Below, one piece after another: positions 17,652 to 26,638 of a stretch of 52,024 nucleotides of DNA (the first letter of the stretch is position 1; every line of letters starts with the position of its first letter). Source of the stretch: Proteobacteria bacterium UBA964 (GTDB taxonomy: Bacteria > Pseudomonadota > Gammaproteobacteria > Steroidobacterales > Steroidobacteraceae). The stretch covers positions 1 through 52,024 of the forward strand of contig DBCG01000061.1 of the NCBI GenBank assembly GCA_002292945.1, written 5' to 3'. The notes under the pieces were generated by a model. That model searched no databases. It was not told where the DNA came from and saw only the letters and a program-made list of their open reading frames with translations. Made by a program: the position numbers and the translations under genes.

Positions 17652-18992
17652 TCAAGTCTCGTTCAGCAGACGCCGCATATCTGTGACGCTGTCCGCAAAT
17701 CCAGCCCTCTCGTCGGGACGTTGGGCGAGTAGCTGCTGGATGTGCGGCCACAAGGCGACGGCACGGTCCAGTACGGGATTGGCGCCCGGCTTCCACGCCC
17801 CGAGGTTCACGAGTTCGCGCGACTGATTGAACGTCGAGATCAGCTCGCGAAGATCCCTCGCGGCGTCCGATTGATCGATCGGAACGATTTCGTTCATCAC
17901 CCGACTGATGGAGGCCTCGACATCGATGGCGGGAAAATGTCCCGACTCCGCCAGACGACGAGAGAGCACGATGTGCCCATCGAGGATCGCCCTGGCTGAA
18001 TCGGCGATCGGGTCCTGCTGATCGTCGCCTTCGGTGAGCACGGTGTAGAAGGCCGTGATGGATCCGCCGCCCGCCCTGCCATTGCCTGCTCGCTCGACCA
18101 ACTGCGGCAGTCTCGCGAACACCGATGGCGGATAACCCTTGGTGGCGGGGGCCTCGCCGACCGCGAGCCCGATCTCGCGCTGCGCTTGGGCGAAACGCGT
18201 CAACGAGTCCATCAACAGAAGTACCGAGCGGCCTTGGTCACGGAAATGCTCGGCGACCGCAGTCGCAAGCCAGGCACCCTGCAGTCGCAGCAGAGGCGGC
18301 GCGTCGGCGGGCGCAGCGACAACGACTGCGCGCGAACGATCGGCGGACCCGAGGATACGCTCGACGAATTCCTTGACCTCGCGGCCACGCTCGCCGATCA
18401 GGCCGACCACGATGATGTCCGCAGAGGTGTGTCTGGCCATCATGCCGAGCAGCACACTCTTTCCGACGCCGCTGCCGGCGAACAGGCCGACGCGTTGCCC
18501 GCGACCGACGCTCAACAGGGCGTTGATCGCGCGTACCCCCACATCCAGCGGTTCGCAGATCGGCTCACGCTCGAGGGGATTGATGTCCACTCCAGACAGC
18601 CGTCGTTGGGTGCTGCTCTCTATGGGTCCGAGACCGTCCAGCGGCGCACCTGCTCCATCGACGATCCGCCCAAGCAGCGCATCACCGACCTGAACCGTGC
18701 CAGCGCGGCGGGACGGTATCACCCGGGTATCAGGCTCGAGCCCATCGGCGCGCCCGGTCGGCATCAGCAACAACCTGTCACCGGAGAAACCGACGACCTC
18801 GGCCTCGGTCTGCACACCGTTCCCGGACAGCAAAAGACAGCGGTCGCCAACGGCGGCATGACAGCCTCTCGCTTCGAGCGCGAGACCGACCAACCGTGTC
18901 AAACGACCCTCCACAGGGGACATGGGAAGCGCGGCGGCGCGCCCTGTGTAGCGTCGCAGACGCCTGCCGAACGTGGCGACGACGGCGGTCAT
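17652..18992 (-). CDS. fliI: flagellum-specific ATPase FliI
   Basis: Walker [16 protein letters not shown] and Walker [13 protein letters not shown], homologous to F1/T3SS ATPases throughout. Confidence 0.97.
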   Translation of the reverse strand: MTAVVATFGRRLRRYTGRAAALPMSPVEGRLTRLVGLALEARGCHAAVGDRCLLLSGNGVQTEAEVVGFSGDRLLLMPTGRADGLEPDTRVIPSRRAGTVQVGDALLGRIVDGAGAPLDGLGPIESSTQRRLSGVDINPLEREPICEPLDVGVRAINALLSVGRGQRVGLFAGSGVGKSVLLGMMARHTSADIIVVGLIGERGREVKEFVERILGSADRSRAVVVAAPADAPPLLRLQGAWLATAVAEHFRDQGRSVLLLMDSLTRFAQAQREIGLAVGEAPATKGYPPSVFARLPQLVERAGNGRAGGGSITAFYTVLTEGDDQQDPIADSARAILDGHIVLSRRLAESGHFPAIDVEASISRVMNEIVPIDQSDAARDLRELISTFNQSRELVNLGAWKPGANPVLDRAVALWPHIQQLLAQRPDERAGFADSVTDMRRLLNET

Positions 18993-19681
18993 TGATCACC
19001 GCTCGACCGATCCATCGGCTGCTCCCCCAAGACCATGGCGAACGCGGCCGCAACCCGGCTCTCGAACTGGGCGTCGATCCGCGAGGCATCTGCCTCGACG
19101 ATGCAGCCACCTCGTGTGACCCGAGGATCTACCACGATCTGCACGTCACACGGCTCGGTGTCCGGCTGCAACGCCTCCCGAAGCACGGGGGCATCGGCCG
19201 GGGCAAGCCGAACTCGCACCACGCGCACAGCGCTCGGCAGGGAGTCGATGCACTCCCGGATGATCGTCATCACCTGTTTCGGATCGATCGACAGCTCCCG
19301 CCGCGCGAGCTGACCGCCGACGACTAGCGCGAGATGCGCCATCTCCGCGGCCGTCTCGTCGTCGTACCGCTCAAGGGGAGCGGCGATCTGCCGCGCCAAA
19401 CCGTCCAGTAGCTGCCGTCGCGCATCCAGATCAGCCAACCGCTGGGCGACCTCCATCGCGGCGGCTGCAAGACCTTCACTTCGGCCTCGCTGATAGCCGG
19501 CTTCACGGGCGGCGCGTTCCTCATCGTCCAATGCAGACGCCGATGCCTGCTTGCCGCGGAAGGTGATCAGTGGGCCGATCACCGTCGGCGGTGTCCACGA
19601 TGCGCCCTCCCCGACGAAGTCCCGACGCCGAACGAGCGGCGGATCCTCGGTGCTGCGTCCCGGGGTGTCAGACATAGTCAT
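18989..19681 (-). CDS. fliH: flagellar export protein FliH
   Basis: Lies between fliG and fliI with 4-nt and 14-nt overlaps. FliH-like C-terminal domain (..[11 protein letters not shown]...[15 protein letters not shown]). Confidence 0.8.
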   Translation of the reverse strand: MTMSDTPGRSTEDPPLVRRRDFVGEGASWTPPTVIGPLITFRGKQASASALDDEERAAREAGYQRGRSEGLAAAAMEVAQRLADLDARRQLLDGLARQIAAPLERYDDETAAEMAHLALVVGGQLARRELSIDPKQVMTIIRECIDSLPSAVRVVRVRLAPADAPVLREALQPDTEPCDVQIVVDPRVTRGGCIVEADASRIDAQFESRVAAAFAMVLGEQPMDRSSGDQ

Positions 19682-20687
19682 CTCCCGCTGCCGGCCCGAG
19701 GGTTATCGTGCCCTCTTCCGCAAGGCGTCTAGCAGTACCCGTGATCTCCTTCTGCGCCGCCTCGACCTCGGCCAAACGGACCGGCCCGCGCGCCTCTAGG
19801 TCATCGCGCAGGGTCTCAGCGGCACGCTGGGACATGTTATTGAATATCTTCTCTTTGAGAGCATCGTCGGTCGCCTTGAGCGCGATCAGCAGCATGTCGG
19901 TCGGCACCTGCCGCAGCAATTCCTGCATCGCCCGATCTTCAAGACCGATCAGATCATCGAAGGTGTACATCAGATCCTGTATCTGTGTGCCCATCTCCTC
20001 GTCGGCCACAGAGATCTGACTGATGAGTTGGGATTGGGCTTTCGGACCGAGCGAGTTCAGTATCTCGGCGACCGCCTTGGGACCACCGGATCCGGCGGCT
20101 TGCACGCCCGCCGAACCTTGGAACTGTCGCTCCATCACATGATGCAGCTCTTGCAACGCGGCAGGCTGGACGCCGTCAAGCGTTGCGATCCGCAACATCA
20201 GGTCGCCATGGGTCGACTCGGGCAGCAACGCGAGGATCTTCCCGGTCTTCTCGGGCTCGAGGTACGACAAGACCAACGCGATGATCTGTGGATGCTCATT
20301 GCGGATGAGGTCGACCACGGTCCGCGGCTCCATCCACTTGAGCGCCTCAAGACCCTTGCTCGCGCGCCCGAGCTGGATCTGATCGAGCACGCCGGAAGCT
20401 TGATCCTCTCCCAGCGCATTGATCAGCGCTTTCCGTACGAAATCGGTCGTTCCGGCGCCCAGTGAAGTGTGGCGATCGGCCTCCACCACAAAGCTGCCGA
20501 CGACATCGTTGATCTCGTCACGGGTGACATCGGCGATCTGGGTCATTGCCGCACCGACCCGCTGCACATCCTGCGCACTCATATGTCGCAGGACTTCCGC
20601 CGCCTCTTTTTCACCGAGCGTCAGCAGGAATATCGCGGCCCGATCGACCCCGCTTCTGGATGAGTCGTTCCCGATTGCGTCAACCAT
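19668..20687 (-). CDS. fliG: flagellar rotor switch protein FliG
   Basis: 339 aa with conserved FliG motifs (..AAIFLLTLGEKEAAEVLRHM.., C-terminal MSQRAAETLRDDLE..GPVRLAEVEAAQ). Confidence 0.95.
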   Translation of the reverse strand: MVDAIGNDSSRSGVDRAAIFLLTLGEKEAAEVLRHMSAQDVQRVGAAMTQIADVTRDEINDVVGSFVVEADRHTSLGAGTTDFVRKALINALGEDQASGVLDQIQLGRASKGLEALKWMEPRTVVDLIRNEHPQIIALVLSYLEPEKTGKILALLPESTHGDLMLRIATLDGVQPAALQELHHVMERQFQGSAGVQAAGSGGPKAVAEILNSLGPKAQSQLISQISVADEEMGTQIQDLMYTFDDLIGLEDRAMQELLRQVPTDMLLIALKATDDALKEKIFNNMSQRAAETLRDDLEARGPVRLAEVEAAQKEITGTARRLAEEGTITLGPAAGDDYV

Positions 20688-22320
20688 TGGTCGACACCCA
20701 CTTCTTCACCACCTGCGCCACCCTCGCCGGATCCTCGCCGACCAAGGCTCGGGCCTGCGCGATCTGGTCCTCATAGGCCGTGGCAGACATCGTGGCCTCC
20801 GCTGAGGTATAGCCAGCGGATGACATGGATACCCGTCCGGCGCCATCGGACATCGCTGGGAACCCGCTGTCTCCGGATGCGATACCCGGCAATGCCAAGG
20901 GAGAGGGCAATGGTGATGGAGCGGACAGGACACCCGCGAACTGCCGGGCGAGCGGTCGCAATACCGCGAACACGAGCGCCAGCAGTGCGATGAGCCCGAT
21001 CAGCAGTTTGGCGGCGTCCCGCGCCCATGGCTGTTCCCAGACAGGCAGGGACTCCAGTTCACCGGCGGCTACCCGGGGGTCACCGCTCCAAGCACTGTTG
21101 ACCACATTGACGCTGTCTCCGCGTTCCTCATCGAAACCCACGGCATCCTTCACAAGCGTCGTGACACGGTTGATCTGTTCCGGCGTCAGGGCCACCTCAG
21201 TCAACTTGCCGTCCTTTCCCTTGACCTGGACATTGTCCACCAGCACCGCCACCGAGATGCGCTTCAAGCGCCCGGCAGGCTGCCGGGTATAGGCGATGGT
21301 TCGATCGATCTCGTAGTTTCGGGTGCTCTGCGTAGAGCCATCCTGCTTGGACTCGTTCGCTACTACGGCATTCGGCGCCCGGCCTTGCGGCTGGTTGCTC
21401 AAGGAGCCCGGTACGCCGGCTGCCCCGCCGCTCCCGGCACGGCGATCTTCAGAGACCTGCTCGCTCCGCACGATTTGGCTGTCCGGTGAATACTGCTCGC
21501 GAGCTTCTTCCACCGCACTCATATCGAATTGCGCACTGACCTCAGCCCGGACCCGCCCAACGCCTACGAGAGGCGCGATCAGCGCCTCGATACGCTGTGA
21601 GTAGCTTTCCTCGAACTGTCGCGTGAATTCGACCTGTTGGTCACGCGCTGCGAACTCATCTTGTCCCTGTGGCGACGACAACAGTCTCCCTTGCTGGTCC
21701 ACCACCGTCACCTGCGAAGCGTCGATGTCGGGCAGGCTCGACGCGACCAAATTGACGATCGCCGTGACCTGCTCTGACGCCAGCCTCCGACCGGGCTTCA
21801 TCTGCAAGAAAACACTGGCACTCCCAGGACTGCGGTCACGTACGAAGCTCGAGTTGCGCGCCACAGCGATGTGGACACGCGCCGCCGCAACCTGCTGCAA
21901 ACTCGATATGGTCCGCGCGAGTTCCTGCTCAAGCGCGTGCTGGTAGCGCGCAGTCTCCATGAACTGCGAAACACCCAAACCACCTTCTTTCGACAAGCTC
22001 GCGAAGCCACCAGATTGAAGAACCCCCTGCCCCGCGAGCATCAGTCGCGCCTCATTGATCCTCTCCACCGGCACTGAGATTCCGCCGGTTCCGTTCTCCA
22101 TCCGATACTTGATCCCTGCAGAGGACAAGGATTGAGTGATCGCCGCCGCCTCCTCATCCGCGAGATTGGAGTACAGCAGACCGTAGGTGGGTCCCTGCGA
22201 CCAGAGTACGACGCCGACACCTGCGGCCACCGCTGCCGCCAGGCCGACAAGCATCATGACGGGCTTGAAGCTGGAACCGAGACTGGATAGGGCGTCGGCG
22301 CCCGCTGCCTGCATGGCCAT
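20680..22320 (-). CDS. fliF: flagellar MS-ring protein FliF
   Basis: 546 aa with an N-terminal TM helix, a YscJ/FliF domain (..YGLLYSNL..AAAITQSL...) and a second TM helix near the C-terminus. Confidence 0.95.
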   Translation of the reverse strand: MAMQAAGADALSSLGSSFKPVMMLVGLAAAVAAGVGVVLWSQGPTYGLLYSNLADEEAAAITQSLSSAGIKYRMENGTGGISVPVERINEARLMLAGQGVLQSGGFASLSKEGGLGVSQFMETARYQHALEQELARTISSLQQVAAARVHIAVARNSSFVRDRSPGSASVFLQMKPGRRLASEQVTAIVNLVASSLPDIDASQVTVVDQQGRLLSSPQGQDEFAARDQQVEFTRQFEESYSQRIEALIAPLVGVGRVRAEVSAQFDMSAVEEAREQYSPDSQIVRSEQVSEDRRAGSGGAAGVPGSLSNQPQGRAPNAVVANESKQDGSTQSTRNYEIDRTIAYTRQPAGRLKRISVAVLVDNVQVKGKDGKLTEVALTPEQINRVTTLVKDAVGFDEERGDSVNVVNSAWSGDPRVAAGELESLPVWEQPWARDAAKLLIGLIALLALVFAVLRPLARQFAGVLSAPSPLPSPLALPGIASGDSGFPAMSDGAGRVSMSSAGYTSAEATMSATAYEDQIAQARALVGEDPARVAQVVKKWVSTNG

Positions 22321-22336
22321 TCGATTCTCCGTGCCG

Positions 22337-22720
22337 TCAGACCGGCATGTTCATGATTTCTTGATAGGCGGATATCATGCGATTACGCACTTCCACCGCA
22401 CCGCGGAAGGCGATGCTCGCTTTCTGCATGTCGATCATCACCTGCGGCAGATCCATTCCAGGATCACCGCGCTCGAACGCGCGCTGGGAAGCGCTCGACT
22501 GGGCCTGCGCCTCGTTGATGCGCTCGAGACCGTTGCGCAGTACCGACGCGAAACTCATCGCGTTGGTGGCGCCCGTGGCAGAGGATCCACCGACCCCCGC
22601 GGGGCCGGGCAACAACGCGCCGAGATCGCCCGGCCGGACGGACTGCGCCGCCGGACCATTCACTTGCGCACGCAAGGCGCGCATCTGCGAGACGACTCGA
22701 TCGATCTCCATCTGGCTCAT
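22337..22720 (-). CDS. fliE: flagellar hook-basal body protein FliE
   Basis: 127 aa. The C-terminus DLPQVMIDMQKASIAFRGAVEVRNRMISAYQEIMNMPV is the FliE signature. Confidence 0.9.
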   Translation of the reverse strand: MSQMEIDRVVSQMRALRAQVNGPAAQSVRPGDLGALLPGPAGVGGSSATGATNAMSFASVLRNGLERINEAQAQSSASQRAFERGDPGMDLPQVMIDMQKASIAFRGAVEVRNRMISAYQEIMNMPV

Positions 22721-22817
22721 GGAGCGGGCGCCTCAGGAAAACCCGTACGCAATCGTCCGACTGGGGCCCGTCGTGCGGCGCGGGGCCACGTTTCAAAAAT
22801 ACACAAAGAGAAGCCTC

Positions 22818-22857
22818 CTAAGCCTCGCCAATCCTCAACGGATGGCGCTCGGCTTAG
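22818..22857 (-). terminator. imperfect stem-loop followed by a U-rich tract, a possible terminator of the activator gene overlapping the fliE promoter/TSS
   Basis: The minus strand reads CTAAGCC-GAG-CGCCA [12-nt loop] TGGCG-A-GGCTTAG, followed by GAGGCTTCTCTTTGTGTATTTTT. The stem is AT-containing and interrupted, so this is a weak call. Confidence 0.3.
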
Positions 22858-22860
22858 AAA

Positions 22861-22876
22861 AGCAAGAAACGTGCCG
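22861..22876 (-). promoter_or_regulatory. sigma-54 promoter of the fliE operon
   Basis: The minus strand reads CGGCAC-GTTTC-TTGCT (GG-N10-GC spacing correct, one mismatch at the first T). It sits 34 nt after the activator stop and about 140 nt upstream of the fliE ATG. Confidence 0.6.
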
Positions 22877-22909
22877 GGCAGGTGACGTCCTGCAACCGTC
22901 AAGGAACCG

Positions 22910-24154
22910 TCAGCCTTGGCAGCTCTCGGCATCCGCCATACCGAACTTGCGGAGCTTTTCCACCAAAGTAGTCCGGCGAAGACTCAAAAGGCGAGCTGCG
23001 TGGGCGACCGTGCCGCCCGAACGCTCCAACGCCTCGGAGATCAATCGATGCTCGATGGCGTATAAGTGAGCGCGAAGATCGACACCGTCCGCCGGGAGGC
23101 CTTCGGTGTCGTCAGCGCCGTCGTCATACGGACCCTCAGCAGCAGCGGCGAGCGATTCCTGAGCCACCTGTTTGCCTTCAAGGCGCTCTGCCAGCGCCTC
23201 GCGCAGGCTTCTCTGGATCACCGTCCGTTCGACCAAGGCGTCGGAGACGGCTTCGAATACAGCCTCGGTGACCGGTGTTTCCGTACGGACCACGATCTCC
23301 GACCCAAGCGGTGACGGTGTACCACTGAGCCCCTCTCGGTACCGCGGCGGCAAGTCCATGACTTCTACCCGCTGTTCGCCGTTCAGCACGCTGAGGCGCT
23401 CGATCAGATTACCCAACTCACGGACGTTCCCCGGCCACGGATAAGCCCGCAACGCTCGCATCGCCGATGTCGAGAACTCCAACATCGGCCTGCCAGCCCG
23501 GACATTAGCCAACGCGAATTCATGCACCAAAGTGTCGAGGTCATCGGCCCGATCGCGCAAGCTGGGCATCTCGATGGGGAAGACATTCAGGCGATAGAAG
23601 AGGTCTCCACGGAATTGGCCGTTCTCGATGGCTGCCTCGATGTTCCGGTGAGTGGCTGCGATGATTCGAACATCGCAACGGATAGGCTGGTGGTTGCCCA
23701 CGCGCTCGAAGACCCGCTCCTGCAACACGCGCAACAGCTTCACCTGCATCGCGGGGCTCATATCGCCGATCTCATCCAGGAACAATGTACCGCCTTCAGC
23801 GATCTCGAAACGCCCCCGCCGCGACGAATACGCGCCGGTGAACGCGCCTTTTTCGTGCCCGAAGAGCTCGCTTTCCATCAATTCGGCAGGTATCGCACCA
23901 CAGTTCACCGCGACGAAAGCCCCGCGGCGGCGCGGGCTCGATTCGTGGATAGCACGGGCGACAACCTCTTTGCCGGTACCGGATTCCCCGAGAACCAAGA
24001 CGTTCGAGTCGTGGGACCCCACCTTTCGGATGAGGCTCACCACTTGCCGTATGGCGGTGGAGGGACCGCTCGGGTAACGGACGCAGACAGGCTCATCGAC
24101 AGCGCTGGCTGCACGAACCGATGACGCCGAAATGCGGTCGTCCGATCGCTTCAC
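22910..24154 (-). CDS. sigma-54-dependent enhancer-binding protein: AAA+ core plus Fis-type HTH, no N-terminal receiver/FleQ domain
   Basis: Walker A LGESGTGKE, the sigma-54 contact loop GHEKGAFTGA, Walker B GTLFLDEIGD and the C-terminal HTH GGTVAHAARLLSLRRTTLVEKLRKFG. It occupies the position of fleQ, between fliS and fliE. The track's start is GTG 24193. GTG 24154 is preceded by GGAGG at 4 nt and is my preferred start. Confidence 0.85.
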   Translation of the reverse strand: MKRSDDRISASSVRAASAVDEPVCVRYPSGPSTAIRQVVSLIRKVGSHDSNVLVLGESGTGKEVVARAIHESSPRRRGAFVAVNCGAIPAELMESELFGHEKGAFTGAYSSRRGRFEIAEGGTLFLDEIGDMSPAMQVKLLRVLQERVFERVGNHQPIRCDVRIIAATHRNIEAAIENGQFRGDLFYRLNVFPIEMPSLRDRADDLDTLVHEFALANVRAGRPMLEFSTSAMRALRAYPWPGNVRELGNLIERLSVLNGEQRVEVMDLPPRYREGLSGTPSPLGSEIVVRTETPVTEAVFEAVSDALVERTVIQRSLREALAERLEGKQVAQESLAAAAEGPYDDGADDTEGLPADGVDLRAHLYAIEHRLISEALERSGGTVAHAARLLSLRRTTLVEKLRKFGMADAESCQG

Positions 24155-24259
24155 ATCCCCTCCCCTATAGTTGACCGGGGCTTTATAACGCACGGGGAGT
24201 CAGAAACTGGGCATATATATCCGATGTGGAACCAAAAAATGACTTTCGACAGGTTCGTC

Positions 24260-24685
24260 TCAGGAACCTTTGACGAAGCCTTGCCGGCGTTGATCGTTTT
24301 TGAAGGGCTGCAGCGCCGACCAGGCTGAACGGATCTCCTGTAGGATCGACGCGGAAATCTCAAGCGGCTTAACGTCGCTAGACAATTGTCCGACTAACAA
24401 TTGGCGACTGACGAACTCATAGAGATCGTCGAGATTACGGGCCAAGGCACCATACGACAGATCCAGGCTGGCCCGAAGCTCACCGACGATGGCGACCGCG
24501 CGCTCGAGGTGCCGATTGCGCTCGTGACTCTGCGCTCGCGCGTTGCAAGCGCGCGCTTGCACGATCCTCGCTAGCGCCCCGTCGAGCAGCAGTATGATCA
24601 GTTGATGCGGGTCGGCCGCAGCGACCCCACCATGGGCGGCGACCGACTGATAGGCGGATACTTTTCCTTGCAAGGCGGGTGACAT
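24260..24685 (-). CDS. fliS: flagellin-specific chaperone FliS
   Basis: YQSVAAHGGVAAADPHQLIILLLDGALARI matches the FliS helix-bundle N-terminus. ATG 24685 is preferred over the track start 24718. Confidence 0.85.
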   Translation of the reverse strand: MSPALQGKVSAYQSVAAHGGVAAADPHQLIILLLDGALARIVQARACNARAQSHERNRHLERAVAIVGELRASLDLSYGALARNLDDLYEFVSRQLLVGQLSSDVKPLEISASILQEIRSAWSALQPFKNDQRRQGFVKGS

Positions 24686-24764
24686 GGCGACCTCGTCGTA
24701 CGGGCACTGCGCCCTCACCCCCTTTATCGGCAGCCTATACGGCGGCTTGAGCGCGGAAAACGCG

Positions 24765-26132
24765 TCACTTCAATGCGCCCGCCAAGTACCGGCCGGTGGA
24801 CTGCATATCGCTGAGCATCGCATCCAGCGCACCGAACTGACGCCGATAGCCGGCCTCCAGCAGTTGCATCCGTACCTCGAGGGCATCCCGCTGTTTCTGC
24901 AGGTCACGCCGCTGAGTCTGGAGCGAGTCCGTGCGTGCGACCACCTGCCCGCCCAGACCGATCGCACCGTCGAGTGTGGCGTGGAGCCGCGTAGCGATGC
25001 CGCCATTCCCGGCAAGCACCTTGGCGACACCTGCCGCATCCGACTGCAGCGCTGCCGTCAGCTTACCGTCATTGATCACTAGCCTGCCGTCGGCGCCGAA
25101 TCCGATGCCGATCTCGCTCAACGTCGAAGGCGATCCCGGATTGGCTTGGATGACACCCGTGATGTCGCGGCGCATCCGCGACTCCACGCCGAGCAGCGTA
25201 CTCTCTCCAAGCAGCGGCCCTGCCTTGCGTGTCCCGCCGTCGAAGGAGCGTTGGCTGGCCATCGTCGCGGCGGCGTTGTTGTAGTCGCTGACGAGCTTGG
25301 CGATCCTCTCCTTGACGCTCGCGACATCAGGACTGACGGTCACCGTGACCGTCGTGCCGGGTTTCGAGGTCGCCAGATCGAGCGTCACGCCCTCGATAGC
25401 CGTCGAGACCGTATTCCCGGACGCAGAGACCGCGAATCCTTCGATCTTGACCTGGGCGTCAGCGGCCGACGAGAGCACCGTCATCGGCGGCGTCTGTCCC
25501 TGGCCCTGACCAGGGTTGTATTCCAATTTCTTGAGCGTACCGTTAGGCGGCGTAACCTGCACGTTGATCGCTTGGGCGCTGCCAGATAAGGCAGCGGTGA
25601 AGACCATTCTCGCGCCATCGTCGGCCTGCACGATGCTGGCACGCACCCCGCGGTTGTCCGGTGCGGTATTGATTGCATCGCGAAGCTGCGCGAGCGTCAT
25701 CCCATCGGTCGCCGCGACGACGAATTCCTCGCCGTTCTGCGCGAATGTCAGCTCGCCGGCCCCGACCAGCGAGCCGCTGCCCCCGGCGTAAGGCTCGGAG
25801 ACCAATTTATGCGTCGTCGCGAGCGACAGCACTTCGACCGAGAAAGTGCCGACGGGCGCGCTGGTCGAGGCCGTTGCCCGAAGGATCGTCATATCGGACG
25901 ATGTGGCACGCCTTGCCAAAACCTGGCTTTCGTTCCGTAGGGCGCCGACCGACGACTGCAGCGTCGACAATACTCCGCGCATCACGCCTAGCGCCGACAG
26001 TTTGCTGTCGATTCCGGTCTGGGTACGCGAGATGCGCTGCTCGACAGGCGACCGCTCCGCAGCGACGAGCTGCGTGACGAGGTTGTTGACGTCGAGACCG
26101 GAGCCGAGACCGGGCGCACTGAGCCCAGCCAT
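24765..26132 (-). CDS. fliD: flagellar filament cap protein FliD
   Basis: N-terminus GLGSGLDVNNLVTQLVAAERSPV and a C-terminal coiled coil (..YRRQFGALDAMLSDMQSTG..). Confidence 0.9.
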   Translation of the reverse strand: MAGLSAPGLGSGLDVNNLVTQLVAAERSPVEQRISRTQTGIDSKLSALGVMRGVLSTLQSSVGALRNESQVLARRATSSDMTILRATASTSAPVGTFSVEVLSLATTHKLVSEPYAGGSGSLVGAGELTFAQNGEEFVVAATDGMTLAQLRDAINTAPDNRGVRASIVQADDGARMVFTAALSGSAQAINVQVTPPNGTLKKLEYNPGQGQGQTPPMTVLSSAADAQVKIEGFAVSASGNTVSTAIEGVTLDLATSKPGTTVTVTVSPDVASVKERIAKLVSDYNNAAATMASQRSFDGGTRKAGPLLGESTLLGVESRMRRDITGVIQANPGSPSTLSEIGIGFGADGRLVINDGKLTAALQSDAAGVAKVLAGNGGIATRLHATLDGAIGLGGQVVARTDSLQTQRRDLQKQRDALEVRMQLLEAGYRRQFGALDAMLSDMQSTGRYLAGALK

Positions 26133-26518
26133 CAGACCCGACCTTCGAACAGTACGCTTCGCATCGCTTCCACCTGCGAGTCTATGCGCTGCGCGATACG
26201 AAGCGCTGTGGCATCAGGGATCTGTCGGATCAATTCGCCGGTGCTCTGATCACGCACGACGATCACCATCTTTTCGCTCGCCTCGTCGACCCGGAACTCC
26301 AGGTTCCGCCCCGCCTCACGGGACATCTTCTCCAACCTTTCCGCGACACGGGCGCGTTCGCTCGCATTCAGCTCTCTGGCCCGCGCCGTGTCTTCGGCTG
26401 CAGTCTCACGTTCCAGAGACACGCTCGCTGCGGTAGCGCGGGTCTCCACCTCTACCTTTGGCGCGATACGTGGCGCCACAACTGCCGGCGACGACTCTGG
26501 GATCTTGACGGTACTCAT
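26132..26518 (-). CDS. flaG: FlaG-family protein
   Basis: C-terminal FlaG motif NLEFRVDEASEKMVIVVRDQSTGELIRQIP. Lies between fliC and fliD. Confidence 0.8.
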   Translation of the reverse strand: MSTVKIPESSPAVVAPRIAPKVEVETRATAASVSLERETAAEDTARARELNASERARVAERLEKMSREAGRNLEFRVDEASEKMVIVVRDQSTGELIRQIPDATALRIAQRIDSQVEAMRSVLFEGRV

Positions 26519-26546
26519 CGGCGCGACCTCCTCGGGAACACGACAA

Positions 26547-26574
26547 GCGGCGACCCCCTCTCAGGGGCCGCCGC
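26547..26574 (-). terminator. GC-rich hairpin downstream of fliC, a likely partial intrinsic terminator
   Basis: The minus-strand RNA is GCGGCG-G-CCCC UGAGAG GGGG-U-CGCCGC followed by UUGUCGUGUU. It sits 65 nt after the fliC stop and 28 nt before the flaG ATG. The U-tract is weak. Confidence 0.45.
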
Positions 26575-26638
26575 CGGTCGATCGATCAGAACGCAGGCTT
26601 CATCCATGTATAACCGTGCGCCTCACGTTCTTCTGACC

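Noticed and set aside
24194-24259. Possible sigma-54 or clear sigma-70 promoter for the activator gene in the fliS-activator gap (TGGTTCCACATCGGATATATATGC).
   Set aside because: The GG/GC spacing is wrong for sigma-54 (8 or 11 nt instead of 10). An AT-rich TATATA could be a -10, but no acceptable -35 sits at 16-18 nt, so I cannot support a specific promoter call.
24381-24390. Perfect 10-bp palindrome GACAATTGTC, with a nearby AACAATTGG, inside fliS upstream of the activator gene.
   Set aside because: Dozens of 10-bp palindromes are expected by chance in 52 kb. It is intragenic and I found no second copy at any of the sigma-54 promoters.
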